Assembly (NCBI GenBank): GCA_963797115.1
Contig: CAWCOH010000002.1
Coordinates: 643,168-707,167, forward strand
Source: an uncultured Alphaproteobacteria bacterium
GTDB taxonomy: Bacteria; Pseudomonadota; Alphaproteobacteria; ATCC43930; CGMCC-115725
DNA: 64,000 nucleotides
Reading direction: 5' to 3'
Under the pieces are notes generated by a model. That model saw only the letters and a list, made by a program, of their open reading frames with translations. It was not told the DNA's origin and made no database searches. Position 1 is the stretch's first letter. Every line of letters begins with the position of its first letter. Shown here piece by piece: positions 10,236 through 19,146 of this stretch. A program made the translations under genes and the position numbers.

Positions 10236-11447
10236 TCACCTCACGGACACCATCTGATGAAGGGCTGCAAGCCGATGATGGTAGGCATGCCGTTCGCGGA
10301 TCAAATCGTAAGCTGCATCAGCTACCCGGCCGCGCTCCGCCGGATCGCGAAAACGCTCGATTACTTCCCTTATATTGCCGAGATCCGAGTCGAGTGCAAT
10401 GTAGTGCCGGTCAGCCTCTAAAATATCGTTATACCGTCCCCTTAATAAAATCTGGCAAGTTCCTGTCCCAGCTGCGTCGAAATGGCGCGACGAAATGCAC
10501 TTCGAGTAATTGGGACAACGCTCTCGGTTAATAAAGAACCGCGCCTCAATTTCCTCAAAACTCACTAAATTGTCGTGCATTGCCTCGTGCTGTATGGGCA
10601 ACGCCTTCAGCAGGGCCTTTAGCCACTCCTTCATAACATACGGAAGGCGCCGGCTCGCCGCATGGATCAGTCCATCGGCGCGAAGCGTCCCGGCGCCACC
10701 TTTGGATCTGATGTATTCACGGATCTCGAGCGCCGTCCGGTCGTCGCGCTCAAGATACCACGACCCGGCCTCGGTTCCGATCGTCCCCCGGCAATCGTTG
10801 AGAAACGCAGCCCAGCCCGTTCGATCCAATCGGCCACCGTTGTCGATATCTACGCACAATCTGGCTTGGAGCGGGATCTGCGCAAATGCATCATAGACGC
10901 GGTTGCGTTCGTCGTCACCGAGGAAGACTGGATACCGCGCGCTGCGTCCGCCGATATCGATCGACCGCAAAACATCCGCCTTGTCTTTGCGAAACACCTC
11001 GCTATTCAAGGCGTGCGGCAGCGAAAGAACGCAGGCGCCGCTACCCTCATAGAGCCAACGTCCTGTATCCAACGGCAGCTGGGTCCCGACCCATTCGGCG
11101 TTCACCTTTTGCAAAAAGGCGCGCTTTTCGGCGATCGGCGCCCAGGGCAGATTGTATTCGTTGGCAACGAACATCAGGAACCGGCCCCGCCGAGCTTCGA
11201 GAGCCGTGACGAGCGGCTTGATATAATCGAGCGTATCGGCCGAACATGCGTGCAGGGCAATTACCAGCTCCGCCCGTTCAACGGCCCGTCGGGCAGCTTG
11301 ACGCTGATTCCGACTGAAGAGGTTGAAACACGTCACCGCGAAGTGCGGCGAGCGTGCGAATGCGTCGGCCCAATCGAGATAATAGGATGACCGGGTGCTG
11401 TACTGGACGGTCAGCAGGACGGTTTGGATTCGACTTTCGTCGGGCAT
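10236..11447 (-). CDS. CgeB-like glycosyltransferase-fold protein (module 1)
   Basis: 403 aa. The C-terminal block ISSRHFDAAGTGTCQILLRGRYNDILEADRHYIALDSDLGNIREVIERF is shared with 27333-28535, with the N-terminus of the 988-aa protein and with the pseudogene. This pattern fits the Glyco_trans_1_2 / CgeB family. Confidence 0.75.
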   Translation of the reverse strand: MPDESRIQTVLLTVQYSTRSSYYLDWADAFARSPHFAVTCFNLFSRNQRQAARRAVERAELVIALHACSADTLDYIKPLVTALEARRGRFLMFVANEYNLPWAPIAEKRAFLQKVNAEWVGTQLPLDTGRWLYEGSGACVLSLPHALNSEVFRKDKADVLRSIDIGGRSARYPVFLGDDERNRVYDAFAQIPLQARLCVDIDNGGRLDRTGWAAFLNDCRGTIGTEAGSWYLERDDRTALEIREYIRSKGGAGTLRADGLIHAASRRLPYVMKEWLKALLKALPIQHEAMHDNLVSFEEIEARFFINRERCPNYSKCISSRHFDAAGTGTCQILLRGRYNDILEADRHYIALDSDLGNIREVIERFRDPAERGRVADAAYDLIRERHAYHHRLAALHQMVSVR

Positions 11448-12490
11448 CTCAAATAGTCGACAATGACCTGCACCGCTTTGTCCGCTGCATGTCCGTCTCC
11501 AAAAGCGTTGACGTCACGCCGCGGTGCGTAGCCCGGCCCCTTCCATAAGCGGTTCCACCCTGCCGACACCGTCTCCACCCACTCCGTCTCACTCCGCATG
11601 GTGACGCAAGGTATCCGATGGAAATAGGCTTCCTTCTGCAATCCGCCGGAATCGGTGAAGACGGTCTTCGCCGACTGCACCAGCCGATGCATGTCGAGAT
11701 AGCCGAGGGGATCGCAGACGATGATTTCGCCGAGATCGAGCCTCCATTCTGCAATCCGGTTGCGCGTTCGCGGATGCACCGGAAACACCACGACGTGCTC
11801 GCGCGTCAGCGCCTTAAGATAGGCGATTGCCTCGCTTAATGCCTGACGGTCGTCAGTGGTTTCGGCACGGTGCAGAGTGGCGACGACATAGGAACGCGCG
11901 CCGATACCGAACCGATCCAGCACGTCAGATCGATCAAAGTTGACGGCAGCAAACCGGACGGTGTCGTACATCACATCACCGACATGATGCACCCCGTTGA
12001 TAATTCCTTCCCGGCGCAGATTTTCCACCGCGGTTTCGGTGGGGCAGAGCAGGAGAGTGCTGACATGGTCAGCCAACACTCGGTTGATCTCTTCGGGCAT
12101 GCGGCGATTGAAAGACCGCAGCCCCGCTTCGAGGTGGGCGATTGGGAGATGCAGCTTCGCGGCGGCCAATGCGCCGGCGAGCGTCGATGTCGTATCGCCG
12201 GGCACGACCACGAGGTCGGGCGCCTCGGTTACCATGATTTTCTCGAGAGCCTCGATCATCCGACCGGTCATCTTGCCGTGGCTGCCACTGTGGATCCCGA
12301 GGTTCACATTCGGCTCGGAAATCTGCAGCTCGTCAAAAAAGATACGCGATAGGCTCGGATCGAAATGCTGGCCAGTATGGACGAGTATCTCGGTGATACC
12401 GCCATGGGCGGCTATCGCCCGCGACATGGCGGCGGCTTTGACGAATTGCGGCCGTGCACCGACGACCGTGAGGATACGCCACGTCGTCAC
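11411..12490 (-). CDS. wecB: UDP-N-acetylglucosamine (or UDP-GlcNAc3NAcA) 2-epimerase, non-hydrolysing
   Basis: 359 aa with ILTVVGARPQFVKAAAM, HTGQHFD and HLEAGLRSF motifs. Its 4-nt ATGA overlap with the upstream SDR gene suggests translational coupling. Confidence 0.92.
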   Translation of the reverse strand: MTTWRILTVVGARPQFVKAAAMSRAIAAHGGITEILVHTGQHFDPSLSRIFFDELQISEPNVNLGIHSGSHGKMTGRMIEALEKIMVTEAPDLVVVPGDTTSTLAGALAAAKLHLPIAHLEAGLRSFNRRMPEEINRVLADHVSTLLLCPTETAVENLRREGIINGVHHVGDVMYDTVRFAAVNFDRSDVLDRFGIGARSYVVATLHRAETTDDRQALSEAIAYLKALTREHVVVFPVHPRTRNRIAEWRLDLGEIIVCDPLGYLDMHRLVQSAKTVFTDSGGLQKEAYFHRIPCVTMRSETEWVETVSAGWNRLWKGPGYAPRRDVNAFGDGHAADKAVQVIVDYLRCPTKVESKPSC

Positions 12491-13575
12491 GGGTAGACTG
12501 CGCGCAGCTCGGGCAAAAAGCCGGAGTGCTGCAGCATGCAGCGCCGGATCGTCTCTCGATTATCGCGCGTCCAGTCGATAGTGCGCTGAAGGCCCTCGGC
12601 CAGGAGCGTGAGGACGGCAAATTGCAATCTGTCACGAGCCTTGTCCGTCGCGCCGAAGCGTCTGCCCGAGCGGTCCCAGTCGCGGGCCCCGGCAATCGCC
12701 AAGGGAGTGTGATTACTTGTCAAGCGATTGATTAGGCCTGCCAAGTCGAGAATCGACGTCTCCACCCCGGAGGCAAGATTGTAGACCTCGCCAGGCTCGC
12801 CGTTTGCCGCGCAAGCAAGAAGGCCACGCACGATGTCGCCGACAAAAATAAAATCGCGCGTAGCGACTCCGCCGTTTTCAATCGGCAGCGCCTCATCGTG
12901 CAGCGCCTTCCAGATGAAAGTCGGTATGACGTTTCGCCACACCGTATGTGGCGTGCCGCGCCACCGTCCGGCACCAAGGATCTCGCCCGGCCCATAGACG
13001 TTTTGGAACCGCGCCTTCACAACAGGCAGGCCATAGCGTACGAAGTAATAATTACCGTACATCTCGCCAACGAGCTTTGAAATGCTATAGGGGCTATCAT
13101 GGTACAGCGAGACCGGCATGTCTTCGGTCGTGGCACTCGCCTCGTCGAAGGTCTTGATTGCGGCCGCACAGCCGGCAGAAGCATAAACTACCTTCTGCAG
13201 CGAGCGGATACCTTTCAAGCGGTCGAACAGCTTCAGCGTCGTCAAGGTATTGTTGGCGTGATCGGCAAGGGGGTCGTGGATGGATGACTGGTTGCCGTGA
13301 TAGCAGGCAAGGTGAAAGACGAAATCGAGATCATTCGGCAGTGATTTGAGCACTGCGTCGTCAGCGATCGAGCCAAGGATAAATTCAACAGCGGAATGCT
13401 TCGGCACGTTCGCGATATCGGCCGACACCAGATTGTCGACGATAAAGAGGAGTTGCGGACCTTGCGAGAGCAACTGGCGCACAAGGTTTCCACCGACAAA
13501 CCCCGCGCCACCGACCACGAGGATTGCGCTACCCCTTATGCCCGAACCCATCACGACGGCGACTGCGCGGCCCAC
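12487..13575 (-). CDS. NAD-dependent sugar-nucleotide epimerase/dehydratase (extended SDR)
   Basis: Rossmann motif VVGGAGFVGGNL and catalytic YSISK. An alternative start at ATG 13551 would overlap the upstream stop by 1 nt. Confidence 0.85.
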   Translation of the reverse strand: MGRAVAVVMGSGIRGSAILVVGGAGFVGGNLVRQLLSQGPQLLFIVDNLVSADIANVPKHSAVEFILGSIADDAVLKSLPNDLDFVFHLACYHGNQSSIHDPLADHANNTLTTLKLFDRLKGIRSLQKVVYASAGCAAAIKTFDEASATTEDMPVSLYHDSPYSISKLVGEMYGNYYFVRYGLPVVKARFQNVYGPGEILGAGRWRGTPHTVWRNVIPTFIWKALHDEALPIENGGVATRDFIFVGDIVRGLLACAANGEPGEVYNLASGVETSILDLAGLINRLTSNHTPLAIAGARDWDRSGRRFGATDKARDRLQFAVLTLLAEGLQRTIDWTRDNRETIRRCMLQHSGFLPELRAVYP

Positions 13576-14495
13576 GGCTTCAGATGGCTAAAGGTCGCCG
13601 AAACGCCATGCGCGTCGTACCAACAAAGGACGCGTCTGATCGTCTCGGCGAAATCAACCTTGGCCTTCCAGCCAAGCAGCGCGAAGGTGTAGGCGGGATC
13701 GAGCACCACGGCAGCGATGTCATCGGCAGCCACTGGAACCACCTGAACCGGTGTAGCCGTATCGACACCGAGATGCGCCGCTACCTCCTCGAAAACCTCC
13801 TTGATCGAGTGCCCGAGCCCGGTCGACACGTTGAAGATGCCTGTCGGTGCGTCCTCGCGCAGGACTATATCCATCAGATCGATAAAATCGGCCATGTCGA
13901 GGAAGTCGCGCACCGCATCGCTGCAGAAGCATTTCTGGCCGGCCTTGAGCCGCTGATAGAAGGCCGGGATCGGTCCGATCGCAAGACGCGGCCCGCAAAT
14001 GTTGGCAAGACGCAGAGACACCCAGGAGAGCTCGCTCTGGGCGACGTAGGCTTCTCCGGCGGTCTTGCTAATGCCATAGCTAGTAATCGGCCGGGTCGGA
14101 TGATCGGCCGGGATCGGCACACGCTCCGGCCGGCCATAGCACAACGCCGTCTGGAAATTGACGAATCGCTTGACGCCAGCGCGCCTTGCCGCCTCTAGCA
14201 CGTTGATAGTGCCGACCACATTGGTACCCGCGTCCTCGCGCCAGTTCCCTGGATCCTTGTAGGCGGCGGCGCTGTGAATGACATGCGTGGGTGCAAAGCA
14301 GGCAAAGACTTCGTCGACGAAATCACGATCGGCAATCGTCCCGCAACCAGCCGAAAGGCCCGGAACATCGGGCAGAGCTTCGCGTCGACCGGTGGCAAAG
14401 TTGTCGATCGCGAGGATTTCGTGGCCGCGGGGCAGGTAAGTCTCGATCAGGTTCGAGCCGAGACAGCCCGCGCCGCCGGTGATCAGAACCCTCAC
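13551..14495 (-). CDS. NAD-dependent epimerase/dehydratase (extended SDR), tandem paralogue A
   Basis: MRVLITGGAGCLGSNL, IDNFATGRRE and catalytic YGISK. It is a paralogue of the next gene. Confidence 0.88.
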   Translation of the reverse strand: MRVLITGGAGCLGSNLIETYLPRGHEILAIDNFATGRREALPDVPGLSAGCGTIADRDFVDEVFACFAPTHVIHSAAAYKDPGNWREDAGTNVVGTINVLEAARRAGVKRFVNFQTALCYGRPERVPIPADHPTRPITSYGISKTAGEAYVAQSELSWVSLRLANICGPRLAIGPIPAFYQRLKAGQKCFCSDAVRDFLDMADFIDLMDIVLREDAPTGIFNVSTGLGHSIKEVFEEVAAHLGVDTATPVQVVPVAADDIAAVVLDPAYTFALLGWKAKVDFAETIRRVLCWYDAHGVSATFSHLKPWAAQSPS

Positions 14496-15430
14496 GAATT
14501 CCCCTCGAAGCGGAGATGCGTGTAGCCGCCCTGGACCCCTCGGTCCCGGTAATAGGCGACGGTCTCTTCGACAATATCGTCAAGCGGCGTAAAGGTCATC
14601 TCCCCGAAATCGCGTATGGTGCGCGCCGGGTCGAGCAGGATGGTGGGCGCATCGTCGGCTGCAAGCGGCCGGATTTCTGGAGCCGGGTATTCGTTGAGCT
14701 TCATCGCCCGGACCACCGCGTCGTAGAGATCTTTGATCGCAACATCCCGGCCGGAAGAGAAATGGTAGGTGCCGTTCCCGATGCCGTCGGCAGCGCTCAA
14801 TACAATGCGCGCGAGATCCTGCACAAAGACGAAATCGCGCCGCGCCTCGGTGACAAAACAGCGCTTTCCCTGCGACAGCCTCTCGAAAAAAATCGGCAAT
14901 GGGCCGCTGACGTTGCGCGGCCCAATCACATTAGCGAGACGAAAGGTGATCCAGTCGACCCCGCTCATTTCGATGTAGCGCTCGCCGGCTGTTTTGGAGA
15001 TCGCATAGCTGTTGCCCGCCGGATTGACCGGGTGATCCAGCGTGATCGGCTGTTCGAGCGGGTTGGTACCGTAGCACAAGGCGGTCTGAAAGTAGATCAG
15101 CCGGCCGACCTTGTGGCCCTTGCAGGCGCCCGCGACGTTGGCGCTGCCGACGCAGTTGGTCAGGGCATCCGATTCCCAGTCGTCCGGGTCCTTGTAGGAG
15201 GCGGCGGTGTGGACGACCACATCGGGACGAAAATCGCCGACCAGACCGTCGACGATCCGCGCGTCGGCGATGCTCTCCTCGACCAAGCGGAGGCGCGGGT
15301 GCGGCGACAGGTTGTCTCGCCGGCCAGTCGCAAAATTATCGATCGCGACCACCTCGTCGCCGCGGGCGAGCAGCAAGTCGCTGACCGTGGAGCCGACCAG
15401 CCCGGAGCCGCCGGTCACAAGCACCTTCAT
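14492..15430 (-). CDS. NAD-dependent epimerase/dehydratase (extended SDR), tandem paralogue B
   Basis: Start set at MKVLVTGGSGLVGS (ATG 15430). Carries IDNFATGRRD and catalytic YAISK. 4-nt overlap with the downstream gene. Confidence 0.88.
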   Translation of the reverse strand: MKVLVTGGSGLVGSTVSDLLLARGDEVVAIDNFATGRRDNLSPHPRLRLVEESIADARIVDGLVGDFRPDVVVHTAASYKDPDDWESDALTNCVGSANVAGACKGHKVGRLIYFQTALCYGTNPLEQPITLDHPVNPAGNSYAISKTAGERYIEMSGVDWITFRLANVIGPRNVSGPLPIFFERLSQGKRCFVTEARRDFVFVQDLARIVLSAADGIGNGTYHFSSGRDVAIKDLYDAVVRAMKLNEYPAPEIRPLAADDAPTILLDPARTIRDFGEMTFTPLDDIVEETVAYYRDRGVQGGYTHLRFEGNS

Positions 15431-15473
15431 CTCAGTCGCTCTTACCCTGGGTTTCGGACCGGGCACACATCGG

Positions 15474-17291
15474 CTAATCGACGCATCTGTGAGCACTCAT
15501 TTCGAGCAGCAGCAATTCAAAGAACGGAATATCCGAAGACATCCCCGATTGGACTTTGTACCGGTCGATAGCCGTCTTCCTCGCTTCTCGGCCGCACGAT
15601 TCTTCATGGCAGCGAACCAATTCGGCAAGGGCATCCTCACCCGCGCCGGTCCTGATCTCCGCGCGCACTTGGTCCGGCGGCAAGTTCAGTTCTTCTGCAA
15701 TCGCAGACAACGACAAGAAGCCGTCGGGTCCACGGCGAAGATCGAGCTTGTGCAATTGGACCAGAGCCTGGTCTTCGATCTCGTCATACGGAGTTAATCC
15801 CCTTCGGTGGTCGAGTCCGGTGGCCGTCGCGAGTGCGGGTCCTGGAAGATCGACCTTTGCGAAGCAGTTCGCTTGTCCTTGGGTGACATAGAGCGCGTAG
15901 GGCGCGCTCGGCGAGCTCAGCACTACGCCTCTCATTACGGTGTGTGCTTCAATAAAATACATCAGCGCGCCAAACAGCCGCAATGTATCATTTTTCAGCA
16001 ACAGAAGCCCATCGGTCTTCAGCGCCTGACCAAGTTTGACCTTCACCAGCGTGCCGTATGACGGCACTGCGAGAAAGCCATCAATCGACACCGGTACCGT
16101 CGCCAGATGGACATGGCCGTTCCACCCGATCCCGAGCGACAACGATCGATCACGATCGGGAAGCGGCTCGGCTTGATGCGCGTGTTGCACGATCAGCGCC
16201 TTAATCGATCGTTCGGCGCTCGACGGCGAGGGATCGATGATCACCACCTTGGGCGAAAATGTGGACAATATGGCTAGGTCGGTGCCGACGGGTATTGTCG
16301 AATACGGCATCTGGAGCCCTGCCGGACCCGGGGTTGTCCCCCCGACGACGTCGAGCAGTTTGCCAACCCGACCAGCGAAAGCGATACGGTAGATCCCTCC
16401 GGTATGGGCATCGGTAATCGTAAGGATATTGTTTTCGTCGACTGCTATCCCCGTCGGCCACAGAAACTCCAGGCAGCTCGCGTTCCACCCGGGCCGGCCA
16501 AAGGAGCCTATTTTTTGGCCGGTGCTCAGATCCAAGACGAAGATCTGTCTCAGTTCCAGGGACGAAACGAACACCAAATCACCGAGGATCGCGACGCCAT
16601 GGGCGAAGGTGATGTCCGTCTTCCATTTCTCTACATATTGGCCGCCGGCTCGTGCGAAGGCTGTTGCGCTGTTGCCGTCGAAATTCGCGGATACGACCCA
16701 CGACTCATTCGGCGTGATTGCAATATTTTCAGGAGAAATCAGCCCATCACCGGTAAGCGCTTGCTCAAAGACTATCCGGGCTCCAGCAATACTTCCAATC
16801 AGTATATTGTCGGCCTCATAGTTGGCCAGAAACACCTTGCCCGTCTCAGGACCGATCGCGATGCCGGTAGGTACGTATTTCTTGTTGTTGAGATTGCCGA
16901 GGTCGGCATCTAGCCTTGCAACCTCTCCGGTCCGAATATTCAGAGACCGAATATCGAGGTAGGTGGCGATCAATAAAGTTTGCCGATCGGCCGTCAAAGC
17001 ACCGGCAGCCAGCAGGCCGTCGAGCTGCGGCCGCACCATCGTTATAGCGTCAGCTGCGACATGCAGCGGTGCGGGAGCAAAACGGGGATCGCCGACGCGG
17101 TCGATAAAAGGATAAGTAGATTCCACGGCGCGGGTCTCGGCCCGGCATTCGGAGGGAACCTCGACCCGGATCGCATCGGCGGCCGCCGCGGAGCCGAGCG
17201 CAAAAACTGATACACCGGCGATCTGCAGGAGCCACGCTTCAGCTCGCCGAAGCACCGCGCCGGCAGCAGTCAAAAAGGTCGCGCCTGGCAT
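15474..17291 (-). CDS. exported beta-propeller-repeat protein of unknown function
   Basis: 605 aa. The N-terminus has RR plus a hydrophobic stretch AWLLQIAGVSVFALGSAAAA (signal peptide or anchor). Four or more repeats of the P.GIA(I/V) type (PTGIAIGPETGKVFLANY, PENIAITPNESWVVSANF, AHGVAILGDLVFVSS, PTGIAVDENNILTITD) fit NHL/YVTN-like blades. I do not recognise the C-terminal ~250 aa. Confidence 0.7.
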   Translation of the reverse strand: MPGATFLTAAGAVLRRAEAWLLQIAGVSVFALGSAAAADAIRVEVPSECRAETRAVESTYPFIDRVGDPRFAPAPLHVAADAITMVRPQLDGLLAAGALTADRQTLLIATYLDIRSLNIRTGEVARLDADLGNLNNKKYVPTGIAIGPETGKVFLANYEADNILIGSIAGARIVFEQALTGDGLISPENIAITPNESWVVSANFDGNSATAFARAGGQYVEKWKTDITFAHGVAILGDLVFVSSLELRQIFVLDLSTGQKIGSFGRPGWNASCLEFLWPTGIAVDENNILTITDAHTGGIYRIAFAGRVGKLLDVVGGTTPGPAGLQMPYSTIPVGTDLAILSTFSPKVVIIDPSPSSAERSIKALIVQHAHQAEPLPDRDRSLSLGIGWNGHVHLATVPVSIDGFLAVPSYGTLVKVKLGQALKTDGLLLLKNDTLRLFGALMYFIEAHTVMRGVVLSSPSAPYALYVTQGQANCFAKVDLPGPALATATGLDHRRGLTPYDEIEDQALVQLHKLDLRRGPDGFLSLSAIAEELNLPPDQVRAEIRTGAGEDALAELVRCHEESCGREARKTAIDRYKVQSGMSSDIPFFELLLLEMSAHRCVD

Positions 17292-17331
17292 ATAGTCGTC
17301 TGCGCGTAGCTCTTATAGCGGTGGGTATAGT

Positions 17332-19146
17332 TCAACAGGCAGAAGCTTCCACGTTATCCGGGCTGAGCCCCGCACGCGAAACCAGTTCGGCGGCCTTTTC
17401 CGGCGCGACGCAGTTTGTCGTCAGCCAATGGCGCAGTTTTCCAGCCACTTCGTCGTCGGACACTGTCGCGGGGTCCGCGCCACCCATCGCCTGCATGATA
17501 TCGGCGTCCTCATCGGCTCGCTCGCTCGCTATGAAAATCGGCATGGATATGGTGCCTTCGGTCTTCTGATTCTTCAGCTGTTGCTCAGCCGTCGTGTAAC
17601 GCCGCCACCGAATTGCCGTGGTGTAGAACTTGGGATCCTTCGTTATGCGCCATAGTTCTGTGACCAGCTTGGTGTGCCATTCGTGATAGAGTCCATTGAT
17701 CTGCGACCACTGGTTGATGGTGTTAGGCAGAGGGAAATGAGCGACACATTCCGTTTCGGTGCTACCATGATCGCTTGGGAATATCTCCATATAACCTTTG
17801 CTACTCGCCCGGTAATCATAGGTGGCGAGAGTAGGGACAGCACATTCGGGCGATCTATAGTGCACGTTGATATCCATTCCAGCAACGTTTACCGGATCAT
17901 GATCTATTGTCAGCCGTCCCGGCAGCAATCGCACCTTTCCCATGCCGTTCAGCTTACGCCCCCACGCGGAGACATCCTTCCAACCCTCTCCCCACGCTTG
18001 GTTGCCAGCATAGGTTGAGGTCTCCTTTTCCCCCAGCCGCAGCACGCTGGGCTCACTTACGGTCGAGGTTACCGACACCTCGCGAATTTCAGCACCGGGA
18101 ACTGTTGAGACTAAGGTCAGCATAACATCCAGAGCACGCGGTCGCGCCTGATATATCGACCAGTAGCCAGTATCAAAACGCAACAGCATGCGTTTGGCAC
18201 TCGCCACACCTTCTCTGAAGGCGTCGCCCACCCGCTCGTCACCGGTCAATTTGTACAGATGATAGAGCATCACCGTCGAATATAAGTGGCCATTCAAGAT
18301 CATAGGGGCGAAACCATACGGTACAGGAATTTCTTCGAACCAAGGAACACCACCGACCTCACATCGAATGCCCCCACGCTCGCAAGGAACTGTGAACGCG
18401 ACACCCGCGTGCAACGCCAAGTCTGAGTAAGAGCCATCGAGGCTCTTGCGATACGCAAGGATAAGAGACTTGATAACATCGGCCTGAGCGAATGCCGACG
18501 GCCACCCGCTCTTAATGACGATATTGTTAAACGTATGATCGAATGTATAATGCCAGACTGTCGCGTCTCCATCGATCTTGACTTGATTTTCTATTAGCCA
18601 ATCGATCGCTACCTTTTCCAACCGAGAAAGCGAAGGTTCACGTTTTAATGCCTCCTCCAAATCAAGGTCAACGAAATCGATACCGCTTGCTTGGGCTGAG
18701 ATGTTCGCTATGTGTCTTTTTACGCCGCCAGCTATGTGGACGGCCCTGACATCGTGTTCGTCCAAGAACGACGAAAATTGCGGTGTCCGCTCGGGCAGGT
18801 TCAGCTGACCATCGGGACCTGGCTCGATGACGTCGAACGACACAACAGGGGAGCTGCTGCTGACATGCACCGAAGCTGCGCTGTCGTCCGCCGAGCTGCT
18901 ATTCGTAAACGCCGCACCGAAGACACAGATCACAGCAGCACAGAGCTTGGTCTTGTCTGCAACTCGACAATTATGGGCAAGTAGGCAGGAGCCGCTCACG
19001 TTTCGGCTCCATAATCTACCGTGCAAGAAGAAAATCCCTCTTTCGGAGGCGCAGATGGAGCGATCAGCACCCGTCCCCGGCGGCCATCGCGGTCTCCTCG
19101 CCAGCCGCCTCGGCCAACATCCGGCGGTATTGGGCGGCGCGGTCAT
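17332..19146 (-). CDS. exported D-glucuronyl C5-epimerase-like protein (GLCE C-terminal domain homologue)
   Basis: GWPSAFAQADVIKSLILAY, WFEEIP...MILNGHLYSTVMLYHLYKLTGDE, RMLLRFDTGYWSIYQ and LYHEWHTKLVTELWRITKDPKFYTTAIRWRRY align motif for motif with the human GLCE C-terminal domain as I recall it. A signal-peptide-like DKTKLCAAVICVFGAAFTNSSSA is present. The true start may be GTG near 18999, because the ATG at 19146 overlaps the upstream gene by 83 nt. Confidence 0.75.
   Translation of the reverse strand: MTAPPNTAGCWPRRLARRPRWPPGTGADRSICASERGIFFLHGRLWSRNVSGSCLLAHNCRVADKTKLCAAVICVFGAAFTNSSSADDSAASVHVSSSSPVVSFDVIEPGPDGQLNLPERTPQFSSFLDEHDVRAVHIAGGVKRHIANISAQASGIDFVDLDLEEALKREPSLSRLEKVAIDWLIENQVKIDGDATVWHYTFDHTFNNIVIKSGWPSAFAQADVIKSLILAYRKSLDGSYSDLALHAGVAFTVPCERGGIRCEVGGVPWFEEIPVPYGFAPMILNGHLYSTVMLYHLYKLTGDERVGDAFREGVASAKRMLLRFDTGYWSIYQARPRALDVMLTLVSTVPGAEIREVSVTSTVSEPSVLRLGEKETSTYAGNQAWGEGWKDVSAWGRKLNGMGKVRLLPGRLTIDHDPVNVAGMDINVHYRSPECAVPTLATYDYRASSKGYMEIFPSDHGSTETECVAHFPLPNTINQWSQINGLYHEWHTKLVTELWRITKDPKFYTTAIRWRRYTTAEQQLKNQKTEGTISMPIFIASERADEDADIMQAMGGADPATVSDDEVAGKLRHWLTTNCVAPEKAAELVSRAGLSPDNVEASAC

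Noticed and set aside
14516-15571. 351-aa plus-strand ORF across the SDR gene
   Set aside because: It is the shadow of SDR gene 14492-15430, which has clear Rossmann and YxxxK motifs. This frame has no motif.
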